DNA of 64,000 nucleotides from Ignavibacteria bacterium. GTDB lineage: Bacteria > Bacteroidota > Ignavibacteria > Kapaibacteriales > UBA2268. The stretch covers positions 14,471 through 78,470 of the forward strand of contig JAOAEE010000065.1 in assembly GCA_026416955.1 (NCBI GenBank), written 5' to 3'. The first letter of the stretch is position 1, and each line of letters starts with the position of its first letter. Below are positions 10,059 through 19,920 of this stretch, in pieces. The notes below the pieces were generated by a model that had not been told where the DNA came from, ran no database searches, and saw only the letters and a list, made by a program, of their open reading frames with translations. The translations under genes were made by a program, and so were the position numbers.

Positions 10059-11971
10059 TATTTATAACTCCTTATTGTTAGTGGCACATACTCGAAAGTA
10101 AGAGGTTCGATGTGACGAATTGGTTTGTTGCCAACCCCAGTGTATTCCCAAGCAGCAACGTGGCAAAAGTTCTCATCGTCTCTCTTTGCTTCACCATCTG
10201 GATACTGATGTTCTTCGCGAAAATGTCCACCACAAGATTCGTTCCTTTCCAATGCATCCCAAAGCATAAGTTCTGCAAATTCAAGAAAGTCTGCAACCCG
10301 CAATGCTTTTTCTAAGACTATGTTTAAGTCTCCCTCTTCACCAACTACTGTTAAATTGTTCCAAAATTCTTCCCTCAGTTGGGGAACCAAATCAAGAGCT
10401 TTTTTCAATCCTTCTTCGTTTCTACTCATTCCACAATAATTCCACATAATTTTTCCAAGCTCTCGATGGAATTGAGTTGGAGTTTTTTTGCCTTTAATGG
10501 ACATAATTTTATTAATTCTTTCTTTTACTTCTTCTTCGCATTTTTTAAATTCCGGATGGTCGGTAGTTACTTTTTCGAGTTTAGTAGTCGCAAAGTAGTG
10601 TCCAATAGTGTAGGGAAGGATGAAATATCCGTCTGCAAGACCTTGCATCAAGGCACTTGCACCTAATCGGTTTGCTCCGTGGTCGGAAAAGTTTGCTTCC
10701 CCAATCACGTGTAGGCCGGGTAGATTGCTCATTAAGTTATAGTCTACCCAAAGTCCCCCCATTGTATAATGTGGTGCTGGGTAAATCATCATTGGTGTTT
10801 CATATGGGTTATCGCCTGTGATTCTTTCGTACATTTCAAAAAGATTACCATATCTTTCTTCTATAACTTTTTTCCCCAATCTTTTAATAGCATCAGAAAA
10901 GTCCAAATAAACTCCATTGCCAGTTGGTCCAACTCCACGTCCCTCGTCGCATACTCTTTTTGCAGCCCGTGATGCAATGTCCCTAGGAGCAAGATTCCCA
11001 TAACTTGGATACATTCTTTCAAGGAAATAATCTCTTTCTTCTTCTGGAATATCGGTTGGTTTTCTTTTGTCACCTGGATTTTTGGGAACCCAAACACGAC
11101 CATCGTTTCGCAAAGATTCGCTCATAAGTGTGAGTTTCGATTGATGTTCCCCACTTTGCGGAATGCAAGTTGGATGTATTTGTGTAAATGCAGGATTTGC
11201 AAAAAAAGCTCCACGCTTATAAGCGCGATAGGTTGCTGTTACATTGCATGCTTGTGCGTTTGTTGAAAGGAAAAACACATTAGAATATCCACCGGTAGCT
11301 AAAACCACAGCATCACCAACGAAAGATTCTATTTTACCAGTGAGTAAATTTCTTGTTACAATTCCTCTTGCAATTCCATTTATAACTACTAAATCCAACA
11401 TTTCTGTTCTTGTATGCAGGATAATGTTTTTAAGACCAACTTGTCGCATCATTGCTGAGTATGCTCCAAGAAGAAGTTGTTGACCAGTTTGACCTCTTGC
11501 ATAAAAAGTTCTGGAAAGTTGAGCCCCACCAAAAGAACGGTTTGCCAAATAACCACTGTATTCTCTTGCGAAAGGTACTCCCTGTGCAACACATTGGTCG
11601 ATAATATTGTTGCTTACTTGTGCTAATCTATAGACATTGCTTTCACGTGCACGGAAATCTCCACCTTTCACAGTGTCGTAGAAAAGTCGCCATATACTAT
11701 CACCATCGTTTGGATAATTTTTTGCAGCATTGATACCTCCTTGGGCTGCAATGCTGTGTGCTCTTCGGGGACTGTCGTGATATGTAAAAACTTCGACTTG
11801 ATATCCTAATTCAGCAAGTGAGGCCGCAGCGGATGCACCTGCAAGACCAGTTCCAATAACTAATATTTTGTATTTCCTTTTGTTAGCGGGGCTAACAAGT
11901 TTCATCTCGAAACGGTGTTTATCCCATTTTTCTGTAATATGACCAGAAGGTACTTTTCCATCAAGTATCAT
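10058..11971 (-). CDS. sdhA: Succinate dehydrogenase/fumarate reductase flavoprotein subunit
   Basis: [16 protein letters not shown] (covalent FAD His), QIHPT, HYTMGG, HGANRLG. Confidence 0.97.
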   Translation of the reverse strand: MILDGKVPSGHITEKWDKHRFEMKLVSPANKRKYKILVIGTGLAGASAAASLAELGYQVEVFTYHDSPRRAHSIAAQGGINAAKNYPNDGDSIWRLFYDTVKGGDFRARESNVYRLAQVSNNIIDQCVAQGVPFAREYSGYLANRSFGGAQLSRTFYARGQTGQQLLLGAYSAMMRQVGLKNIILHTRTEMLDLVVINGIARGIVTRNLLTGKIESFVGDAVVLATGGYSNVFFLSTNAQACNVTATYRAYKRGAFFANPAFTQIHPTCIPQSGEHQSKLTLMSESLRNDGRVWVPKNPGDKRKPTDIPEEERDYFLERMYPSYGNLAPRDIASRAAKRVCDEGRGVGPTGNGVYLDFSDAIKRLGKKVIEERYGNLFEMYERITGDNPYETPMMIYPAPHYTMGGLWVDYNLMSNLPGLHVIGEANFSDHGANRLGASALMQGLADGYFILPYTIGHYFATTKLEKVTTDHPEFKKCEEEVKERINKIMSIKGKKTPTQFHRELGKIMWNYCGMSRNEEGLKKALDLVPQLREEFWNNLTVVGEEGDLNIVLEKALRVADFLEFAELMLWDALERNESCGGHFREEHQYPDGEAKRDDENFCHVAAWEYTGVGNKPIRHIEPLTFEYVPLTIRSYK

Positions 11972-12681
11972 ATTTTACCTCCTACCAAACCTAACAAAAC
12001 AGAAATTGGTATTGAAACCAAACAAATTACAATTATTATTGCAAGAGCTGTGCTACTTTTTTGAATTATTGGGAAATAATGCTTTTGGTTGTATCCTAAA
12101 GTTTGAAACATACTTTGAATGGCGTGGTCAAGATGAAAACCAACAATTACCACCCCAATAATGTAAATTATAGAAATCAAAGGATTTTTAAAACCAAGTA
12201 CAACCATTTTGTAAACATCGAAGCGTTCTAATAAAACATAGCTAACTGCATTATGTGGTTGGTAAAATTCGGGATAATAATGCTGGGGATTTGTTACTCT
12301 AATCGTAAAATGAAGCAAGTGGTAAACGACAAATGCCAGAACCATTATTCCTGTCCATATCATTGTCCGTGATGAAAATTTTGCCTTTAAGTAGTTTTTC
12401 ACAGCATATTTGGTTGGTTTTGCTCCCCAGTTTTCGAATTTTAATTTTATCGAAGTTACAATATGGAGAATGGCAGAAACTATTAAAATAATGCGTATAA
12501 TCCAGAGTATTGGCCCAAGACTGTGAAGAAACTGCGAATATGAGTTCAAAGTATCTTGCCCAAGATAAATAAGTAAGTTTCCAGCAGTATGGACAATTAC
12601 ATAAATAACCAAAATTGCACCAGTAATTGCCATAACTACTTTGCTTAGAATAGTAGAACGCAAGTAGTTAAGTAGCCCCAT
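11968..12681 (-). CDS. sdhC: Succinate dehydrogenase cytochrome b558 subunit
   Basis: KVVMAITG, several TM helices with His ligands, [14 protein letters not shown]; first gene of sdhCAB. Confidence 0.93.
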   Translation of the reverse strand: MGLLNYLRSTILSKVVMAITGAILVIYVIVHTAGNLLIYLGQDTLNSYSQFLHSLGPILWIIRIILIVSAILHIVTSIKLKFENWGAKPTKYAVKNYLKAKFSSRTMIWTGIMVLAFVVYHLLHFTIRVTNPQHYYPEFYQPHNAVSYVLLERFDVYKMVVLGFKNPLISIIYIIGVVIVGFHLDHAIQSMFQTLGYNQKHYFPIIQKSSTALAIIIVICLVSIPISVLLGLVGGKI

Positions 12682-12984
12682 ATAACCTCGATGTTTTGTT
12701 TAACAAATGAAGATTATTTTTGTTCAAAAGTTCTAATTTATTGAAAAAAATTGAATAATTTTCTTCATCTACAAATTGAATAATTTTTGAGAAGGGATTT
12801 TGTTTTTTGTATTAGCTTTTGTTGTATTGTTACAAAAAAAGAAAGTAAATGGAAATTGGGTTGTTTTATTTCTTTAATTAATTTTTGCTATTAAATAGAA
12901 ATTATGTTGGCCAAGTGAGATATTTACAATCTTTATTTTGATTGATATTGTTATTGTATACTAATTTTTTAACTAAATTATCCT

Positions 12985-14073
12985 CTACAAAGAAATTTTC
13001 ATTGCTGGTATTTGAAGGATTTTATAATTTCTTTGTCGAATTTTCTTATTAATCTTTCGAACTAAGTCTAAAAAGATTTTTCTTTGGTTTTCGGCTTCTT
13101 CTCGGAAAACTACGGGTATGCCAGAATCGTTGGATTCCCGAGTGAGAATTTCAAATGGCACTTCCCCAAGAAAGTCGACCCCCAGCTCCTCGCTGACTCT
13201 TTTGCCACCACCTTCTCCGAAAATGTAATATTTTTTATCTGGGAGGTCGGGGGGAATGAAATAACTCATATTTTCAACCACACCTAGAATTTCTACATTC
13301 ACTTTTCTGAACATTGCGATACTTCTTCTTACATCTGCAACTGCAATTTCCTGTGGAGTTGTAACAACTATTGCACCAGTAAGTGGAATTTTTTGAGTTA
13401 AGGTAAGTTGAACATCGCCAGTGCCCGGAGGTAGGTCGAATACCAAATAATCGAGTTCTCCCCATTCTAATTGTTCAAATAACATAGAGAAATAGCCTGC
13501 AAGTAACGGACCACGCACAATTGCTGCTTCATTTTTTTGCAATATCATTCCCATTGAAGCGACTTTTATTCCATATTTTTCCAATGGATAAGCCATAGTG
13601 GTTCCATCGGGCATCTCTACGACTTGGAATGGTTGTTCATCAAGTCCAAACATAGTAGGTTGGCTTGGACCATAAACATCCCCATCGAGTATACCTACTT
13701 TTGCACCAGTTAAAGAAAGAGCGGCAGTAAGATTAGCAGCAATTGAAGACTTTCCAACGCCACCTTTACCCGAAGCAACAGCAATAATGTTCTTTACTTG
13801 TTTTAAAACCTTCCTTTTTGATAAGTCGTACATTCTTTCTGCGATATTGACTTCGACTTCAATCGTTGGATACAAACTTGTAATCGCGTCGTTAATCTTT
13901 CGCGTTATCTCTTCGTAAATAGTAAATATTGGTTGAACGAGTTCGATGTATACTTTAATAGTATTATTTTCGATTGTAACTTCTTTAATAGAGTTTAAAT
14001 CTGCAAGATTTTTTCCTAAGTCGGGGTCTTCGATTTTTGATATTTTGTTTAAAATTTCGATTTTGTCTATCAT
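12985..14073 (-). CDS. apbC: Mrp/ApbC (NBP35 family) Fe-S cluster carrier ATPase
   Basis: N-terminal DPDL (MIP18-like) domain, SGKGGVGKS, DVYGPS, DLPPGTGD, VTTPQ, VENMS. Confidence 0.93.
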   Translation of the reverse strand: MIDKIEILNKISKIEDPDLGKNLADLNSIKEVTIENNTIKVYIELVQPIFTIYEEITRKINDAITSLYPTIEVEVNIAERMYDLSKRKVLKQVKNIIAVASGKGGVGKSSIAANLTAALSLTGAKVGILDGDVYGPSQPTMFGLDEQPFQVVEMPDGTTMAYPLEKYGIKVASMGMILQKNEAAIVRGPLLAGYFSMLFEQLEWGELDYLVFDLPPGTGDVQLTLTQKIPLTGAIVVTTPQEIAVADVRRSIAMFRKVNVEILGVVENMSYFIPPDLPDKKYYIFGEGGGKRVSEELGVDFLGEVPFEILTRESNDSGIPVVFREEAENQRKIFLDLVRKINKKIRQRNYKILQIPAMKISL

Positions 14074-14193
14074 TTAAAACTCCAAGAATTAAAAATTTGA
14101 AAACGATGTTATTAAGACCATATTTTTATTAAACCTTTTAAAGGTTATTTTTTCTAATAAGTGTGGTTTTTATTAAATATAAAAGGAGTGATT

Positions 14194-14769
14194 ATGAAAA
14201 AGCTGTTTTGGATTTTTTCTGTACTAGCGATTTTTCAATTACAATCGCACTTGTTATTCAGTCAAAAGAATGGTTTGGGTATGAATAACCAAGGTAATAG
14301 GAATAGCTGCAAGTTTGTTGATTCTAATGGAGATGGAATTCGCGATAATTTCATTGATTTGAATAAGGATGGTCGATGTGATTTCGGTAAAGGAGTGGGA
14401 AAAGGTAAAGGTTACGAACGGGGGAAAAACTTGGGCAAGGGTAATGGTATTTGCTTGAGAAATTTTACTGATGCAAACAACGATGGAGTTTGTGATAATT
14501 ATCAAAATAAAGTGTTCCTTTCTAAGCCTTACCCAAATCCATTTTCGAGCAACACTAATTTTGAGTTAACAATTCCTAAAAGTGGCGAAGTAATAATTAC
14601 ACTAAGTGATTTGATGGGAAATGTTGTAAAGACAATTTTCCAAGGGAATTTAGAAAAGGGAACACACAAATTCACTTTGAATTCCCAAAACTTAACTCCC
14701 GGAAGATATATTTTAGTGGCAAAATTCGATGGGAACACTGTTTCTAAACAAGTGCATTTTAAACCTTAA
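14194..14769 (+). CDS. Small secreted protein with three DxNxDG loops, a Gly/Lys-rich linker and a T9SS C-terminal domain
   Basis: ATG 14194 after AGGAG; signal peptide ...LLFS|Q; FVDSNGDG, FIDLNKDG, FTDANNDG; CTD YPNPF...DLMGN...PGRYIL. Confidence 0.85.
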   Translation: MKKLFWIFSVLAIFQLQSHLLFSQKNGLGMNNQGNRNSCKFVDSNGDGIRDNFIDLNKDGRCDFGKGVGKGKGYERGKNLGKGNGICLRNFTDANNDGVCDNYQNKVFLSKPYPNPFSSNTNFELTIPKSGEVIITLSDLMGNVVKTIFQGNLEKGTHKFTLNSQNLTPGRYILVAKFDGNTVSKQVHFKP

Positions 14770-14789
14770 TGAAAAAATTTGAATATTTT

Positions 14790-14823
14790 GGCTGTTCCTT
14801 TCTATTTGGAACAGCCTTTTTTT
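14790..14823 (+). terminator. Intrinsic terminator
   Basis: GGCTGTTCC / GGAACAGCC stem followed by TTTTTTT. Confidence 0.85.
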
Positions 14824-14839
14824 ATAATTTTACTTTTGT

Positions 14840-15715
14840 ATGAGTATCAAAAGAGTAAAAAGTTTAAACAAGACACAAGTAGCAATAAGTTCTTTTTTTA
14901 TTGCTATTTTCCTAACTCTTTTTAAAGGAACAGTTGGTTTGCTTACCGGAAGTTTAGGTATTATTTCCGAAGCAATTCATTCAGCAATGGATATGTTCGC
15001 AGCTGGAATTACTGTTTTTTCGGTAAATTTTGCTTCCAAACCACCAGATGAAAGGCATAATTTTGGGCACGGAAAAATTGAAAATGTTTCTGCATTGATA
15101 GAAGCTTTCCTTTTACTTTTGACTTGTGTTTGGGTCGTCTGGGAGGCTTACGAAAGGCTTTCAGGTAAGCAAGTTTACGTTGTTGTTAATTTTTGGAGTT
15201 TTTTTGTAATTCTTTTTGCAATCTTTGTCGATGTTAATAGAGCAAGGATATTGAAAAAGGCAGCTGTTGAACATAATAGTCAAGCACTCGAAGCCGATGC
15301 ACTACATTTTTCATCTGATATTCTTACTTCTTGTGTGGTGCTTTTGGGTTTGATTTTTACATTGTTGAAAATACCAATCGCCGATGCAATTGCAGGAATA
15401 ATTGTTTCTTTGGTAGTTCTTTATCTTGCCCTAAAGCTTGCATACAATGCTGTTAATCTTCTTTTGGATAGTGCACCCTTTTCAAAAGGGAATATTGTAA
15501 AAATTGTTTCGCAAATCCCCGAAGTTCGCGCTGTCCACGATGTAAGAATTCGTACCTCTGGTTCTACAATTTTTGTGGATATGAATATCCATCTCGACCC
15601 AAATTTATCCATAGAAGATGCACACAATATTTCTCATAAAGTTGAAGAAGAGATTAAAAAAGAGTTTTCTAATTGTCAAATTCATATACATCAAGAACCC
15701 GAAACTCATCATTAA
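14840..15715 (+). CDS. Cation diffusion facilitator (FieF/YiiP-like) metal exporter
   Basis: EAIHSAMD, HNFGHGKIE, ADALHFSSD, C-terminal dimerisation domain ending IHIHQEP. Confidence 0.93.
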   Translation: MSIKRVKSLNKTQVAISSFFIAIFLTLFKGTVGLLTGSLGIISEAIHSAMDMFAAGITVFSVNFASKPPDERHNFGHGKIENVSALIEAFLLLLTCVWVVWEAYERLSGKQVYVVVNFWSFFVILFAIFVDVNRARILKKAAVEHNSQALEADALHFSSDILTSCVVLLGLIFTLLKIPIADAIAGIIVSLVVLYLALKLAYNAVNLLLDSAPFSKGNIVKIVSQIPEVRAVHDVRIRTSGSTIFVDMNIHLDPNLSIEDAHNISHKVEEEIKKEFSNCQIHIHQEPETHH

Positions 15716-15729
15716 AGGAATGGAATTAT

Positions 15730-16350
15730 ATGAAAAGAATTTTCATTGGTGTTTTTTTTGTGTCTATTGCTTTATTATTTGCTGAAAATAATTCGAACGA
15801 AGGGTTGAATGTTATTAAATCCAAAAATGGTTTTGTTTTTGTTTTCAACGATTCTTCTGAGAGTTTTAAAATAGAGATTAAAGGTAAAAAATTTGTCGAT
15901 GTTGAACCAGAAGAATTAATTTTTTCTATCGATGGCCAAATAGTTCAATTTACTATTGTTCCTGTTAAAGAATTTTTTAAAAATGACTTAACTTTGGACA
16001 CATTGTTGCAACATTTTGAATTCGAAAAAAAATATATTTCAAATATTACCAATTCAGACTTACAAAATTTGAAACCAAAATTATTGAAATCTAAAACAGG
16101 TAGAAAAGTTTGTTTTTGGGAATTGAATAGAAATACTTCTTACTTAGATACCTCTTCGGAAAATGTTACAAAGCAAATATTTGCCTCAACGAATACGTAT
16201 AAGTATGTAATATTAATTTCTTCACCACTAACAAAAAGAAATGATTTCAAAAAAAGTAAAAATAGATTAATCAATTCCTTGCTAGATTTACAAAGAACAC
16301 AGGGAATGTTTAATCTTGATTTAATAAGAGAATCATTAAAAAGAGACTAA
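15730..16350 (+). CDS. Hypothetical exported protein
   Basis: ATG 15730 (MKRIFIGVFFVSIALLFA, signal-peptide-like); no recognisable motif. Confidence 0.7.
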   Translation: MKRIFIGVFFVSIALLFAENNSNEGLNVIKSKNGFVFVFNDSSESFKIEIKGKKFVDVEPEELIFSIDGQIVQFTIVPVKEFFKNDLTLDTLLQHFEFEKKYISNITNSDLQNLKPKLLKSKTGRKVCFWELNRNTSYLDTSSENVTKQIFASTNTYKYVILISSPLTKRNDFKKSKNRLINSLLDLQRTQGMFNLDLIRESLKRD

Positions 16351-16438
16351 ATTTTCATTAAAATAATAATAATCTCGTCTACATATTTTATTAATTTTTT
16401 TTAAATATTTTTGTCTTTTAAAATAACTTTACAAAAAA

Positions 16439-17923
16439 ATGGAATTTTGGTCTTACGACGATGATGAATACTTCGATGATGAAGACGACGGCGAAAATCA
16501 GCCGCCTATAGATAAATCATATATTCGCTCTTTTGATAAGTGGCACGATTCCAAAAAGAGCTCTGGTAGTGATTTTTCAATAGAAGATTTGAATGAAATC
16601 GAACGAGTTCTTGAATACTGTATTGAAAATGGATATTTTAAGTCTGCTTTAAAGTATTGCGATACACTTTTGGAGTATAATCCAATATCGAATGAACTGT
16701 TGGCAATGCGAGGTTACATTTTGTTGAACCTTAAAGATTTTCCAAACGCTATTTCATCTTTGCAACAAGCATTACTTATTAATCCGAATGATACAGAAGC
16801 CTTAATGAATCTAAGTTTAACTTACTACAATAGTGGCGACTACGAAAAGTCCTTGAAAACTTTAGACAAACTTCTTTCGATTGAACCAAGTGATTACGCA
16901 TTATATAATAAAGGAATAATTCTTCAATCCTACCAAAAATATGATGAAGCGTTGGACATTTTTAAAACTTTACTCAATTCAGATGAGTATCGTTCCGAAG
17001 CCTTGCAAGAAATTTCCCATATTCTTTTTCTCCAAGGTAAGTTTGAAGAAAGTTTGGAAATAAATATTCAAGCAATAGAAACTGAACCGAACGATTATTG
17101 GCTTTGGTTCAACCTTGGTCTTTGCTATCTTGAATTGGGGCGATTTTATAAAGCAATCGACGCATTTAAAAATTCTATTTCGATTTATCCAGGTTTTGAA
17201 TATTCATATTTATATTTAGGCTGGGCATATTCTAATTTAGGTAGATACAAACAGGCAATACATTCTTTCCTTCAATATTGTGGAGGAAATTACGATAAAT
17301 ATGTTTACTTCGAAATAGCAAATTTACTTGGAGATTTAGGATTTTACAAACCAGCAATTCGTTTTTACAAAGAAATTGTCGATAAGGAATTTACATTTGC
17401 CCCAGCACACATAGGTTTAGCCCTTTGTTATAAATATCTTGGGAACGATAGATTGGCAGAAGAGCATTTTAAGTTGGGTGTTTCGCTCGACCCGAAAAAT
17501 TCAGAATTTTGGTTGATGGCTATTAAATTTTTGATAGAAATTAAGAAAATTGGAAAAGCATTTTCGATGTTTTCTAATGCTTTAATGAACAATCCAAAAA
17601 ACGAGGAATTGTTGTTAAACTTTCATATCTATGTCTTTAAGTATAAAAGATTTACCGAAGGAATAGAAATTTTGGAAAATTTAAAACCATTGGTTCCTAA
17701 TAATCCAACTATTTTGTTTTATCTTGGTGAATTTTATGCTAGAATGGGCCAAATGAATAAAGCAATTGAATACTTTTCCGAAAGTATTAATATGAATCAA
17801 AGTTTTTACCAACGCTTAAAATCTGTTTTGCATTTAATTGTGAAAAAAAAGGACTTTTCTCATTTCGAGAAAATGTTAAATTTGAAATTGTCGGCCCAAG
17901 AAATTAAGTTCAATAAGACTTAG
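16439..17923 (+). CDS. Tetratricopeptide repeat protein with acidic N-terminus
   Basis: Repeated TPR patterns (WFNLGLCY...AIDAF, AHIGLALCY, LGEFYARMG); N-terminal YDDDEYFDDEDDGE. Confidence 0.9.
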   Translation: MEFWSYDDDEYFDDEDDGENQPPIDKSYIRSFDKWHDSKKSSGSDFSIEDLNEIERVLEYCIENGYFKSALKYCDTLLEYNPISNELLAMRGYILLNLKDFPNAISSLQQALLINPNDTEALMNLSLTYYNSGDYEKSLKTLDKLLSIEPSDYALYNKGIILQSYQKYDEALDIFKTLLNSDEYRSEALQEISHILFLQGKFEESLEINIQAIETEPNDYWLWFNLGLCYLELGRFYKAIDAFKNSISIYPGFEYSYLYLGWAYSNLGRYKQAIHSFLQYCGGNYDKYVYFEIANLLGDLGFYKPAIRFYKEIVDKEFTFAPAHIGLALCYKYLGNDRLAEEHFKLGVSLDPKNSEFWLMAIKFLIEIKKIGKAFSMFSNALMNNPKNEELLLNFHIYVFKYKRFTEGIEILENLKPLVPNNPTILFYLGEFYARMGQMNKAIEYFSESINMNQSFYQRLKSVLHLIVKKKDFSHFEKMLNLKLSAQEIKFNKT

Positions 17924-18903
17924 TCTTTCTTATCATTTCCTAATTGTTTTTTATCAGTTGTTTTCCTTTTTAATGATTTGGATGGGGTTAATCGTATATC
18001 CTTTGGAAGTATTCCACGGGCAATAAGAGTATCCAAGGCAAATTCATATCTTTTTCTTTCCTTCGCGGAGAGAGTACCTCTTAAATCTGGGGGTATGTGA
18101 ATAATAGGAATTAATGCTTCTTCAAATTCAAGTGGTTCTAAAGGAAGGTTGGAAATAATATCGAAATTGGAGCTAAGTTGAAGCCATTTTTTTTCCTTAG
18201 CTTTAAAATTATAGAAATCAATGATGATAACTGGTGTTCCAGACATTGGAATAAATTTTCCATTGGAGTCTTTCTTAGGTCCTTCCCCCCAATGGAAGAG
18301 CCATTCTGCATCGTCTTTGAATTGCCTAATGCACATATGAGAAGCTGGATAACCTGGCATATCAAATTGATGGAACGCCATACCAGTTAATCTATGAAAA
18401 TTCCAAGTAAAAGGCATTATCCAATTTTCATTAAATGAAGAACGTCGAAGACGTTGTTTCCATTGCAAAGCATATCTTCCTGGGTAGGTTGGAGTTGATA
18501 TTTTACCAGAATTCATTGCAGAAAACCGGACAAGAATACCATTTTCATAACAAGCATATGCTTGATAAATATTGGATACTATGATTAATTTTGGAATATT
18601 TTTAGCTGATTCATAAAATTGAGGGAATACAGAATAAGCCCGCAAGTCTTCAATAAAAGTATCGGGTACAATTATTGGTTGGTTAATCCGAAAATATCGC
18701 AATTCTTTACGGTTGAGAGTAGTAATAACTCTGTACTTAATTTTATCTTTTGAAGGTAAAAAATCTTTTAGGAATTTGTTGAGTTCACTGGATTTTTTAA
18801 ACTGTACAGTACGGTAATTAATTTTTGGGAAAGAATTTGTAACTTGGGCAAAGGCATTGTTTATTATGCAAAAGAAGATTACAAAAAATAATATTGTTTT
18901 CAT
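17920..18903 (-). CDS. L,D-transpeptidase (YkuD family)
   Basis: Signal peptide AFA|Q; catalytic H...SHxC motif HQFDMPGYPASHMCIR. Confidence 0.88.
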   Translation of the reverse strand: MKTILFFVIFFCIINNAFAQVTNSFPKINYRTVQFKKSSELNKFLKDFLPSKDKIKYRVITTLNRKELRYFRINQPIIVPDTFIEDLRAYSVFPQFYESAKNIPKLIIVSNIYQAYACYENGILVRFSAMNSGKISTPTYPGRYALQWKQRLRRSSFNENWIMPFTWNFHRLTGMAFHQFDMPGYPASHMCIRQFKDDAEWLFHWGEGPKKDSNGKFIPMSGTPVIIIDFYNFKAKEKKWLQLSSNFDIISNLPLEPLEFEEALIPIIHIPPDLRGTLSAKERKRYEFALDTLIARGILPKDIRLTPSKSLKRKTTDKKQLGNDKKD

Positions 18904-18928
18904 AAAAGTTTTTTGGGAGTAGATTTTT

Positions 18929-19915
18929 TTATAAAAGTAACTTTCCTTCTTTCATTATCATATTATCGTCGAAAAAAACAGTAGGTTTTGTAACTATACC
19001 ATCAATATGTCCTTTTGCTTTGATTTTACCACCCATTGTTAAGTTGTTCCCAAAAGCAATATGAATAGTTCCCAAGACTTTTTCATCTTCGAGTATGCTA
19101 CCGGTAATAATAGCCTTGTAATTTGTACCAATTCCGAATTCACCAATTGCAAATGCTTCGTGTCCAATACTTTTAAGCATATCATAAAGTTGTTTTGCTT
19201 CTTCATCCCCTTCAAAATCTACCCCGTACCCATCTTCAACCGTAACTTTAACTGGATTTTTAAGTTTACCAATACCCGCAATCGAGCCATCGAAAACTAT
19301 TACACCATTGCTTTGTTTTTCCCAAGGTGCTAAATAAACTTCGCCCGAAGGTAAATTCCCATACTCACCAATATTTCGAAGAATACCAGTGCTTTTGATT
19401 ATTTGCCTACCTTTTATTGGTAGAATGATATCGGTACCAAGTTCTGTCGTAACTCGAATTGTTGATACATTTTGAAGCCTTTTTGCCACTTTTTCCGAAG
19501 TTTCGAGTATTTTGTTGGGGTCTGCACTTAGGCATCTTAGCATTGTGTCTGGTGTTATTCCTGGCATAGTTGCGATTCTTACACCGAGTTTTGATGCCTC
19601 TCTTCTAGCATTAGTATGGGTGATTGATTTACTCGTTGGTGCTACAACAACATCGACTTCTTGCATTAGGGTAGCGATTTGTTCTGGAGGTTCTTGACCA
19701 TTTACTTCCCGTGGCTTGATTTCGCAATAGAAAGCCTCGGAAGATACTTGTTTTCCAACCTCAAAAAAAATTAGACCTATTTCGCGTAAAGGTTCATCCG
19801 AAAGAACAAGTAGTGTTTCGACAGAAGTTACACCAAGATAGTCTTGCAAAGCGATTCGAGCAGCATCGTGCAATGTCAAGAGCTTCTCTTCCTCTTTTTT
19901 CTTCTTTTTTGGCAT
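18929..19915 (-). CDS. Aminopeptidase, M29/thermophilic metalloprotease-like
   Basis: NLPSGEVYLAP, GEFGIGTN, EDEKVLGTIHIAFG, HIDG. Confidence 0.9.
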   Translation of the reverse strand: MPKKKKKEEEKLLTLHDAARIALQDYLGVTSVETLLVLSDEPLREIGLIFFEVGKQVSSEAFYCEIKPREVNGQEPPEQIATLMQEVDVVVAPTSKSITHTNARREASKLGVRIATMPGITPDTMLRCLSADPNKILETSEKVAKRLQNVSTIRVTTELGTDIILPIKGRQIIKSTGILRNIGEYGNLPSGEVYLAPWEKQSNGVIVFDGSIAGIGKLKNPVKVTVEDGYGVDFEGDEEAKQLYDMLKSIGHEAFAIGEFGIGTNYKAIITGSILEDEKVLGTIHIAFGNNLTMGGKIKAKGHIDGIVTKPTVFFDDNMIMKEGKLLL

Positions 19916-19920
19916 AATAT

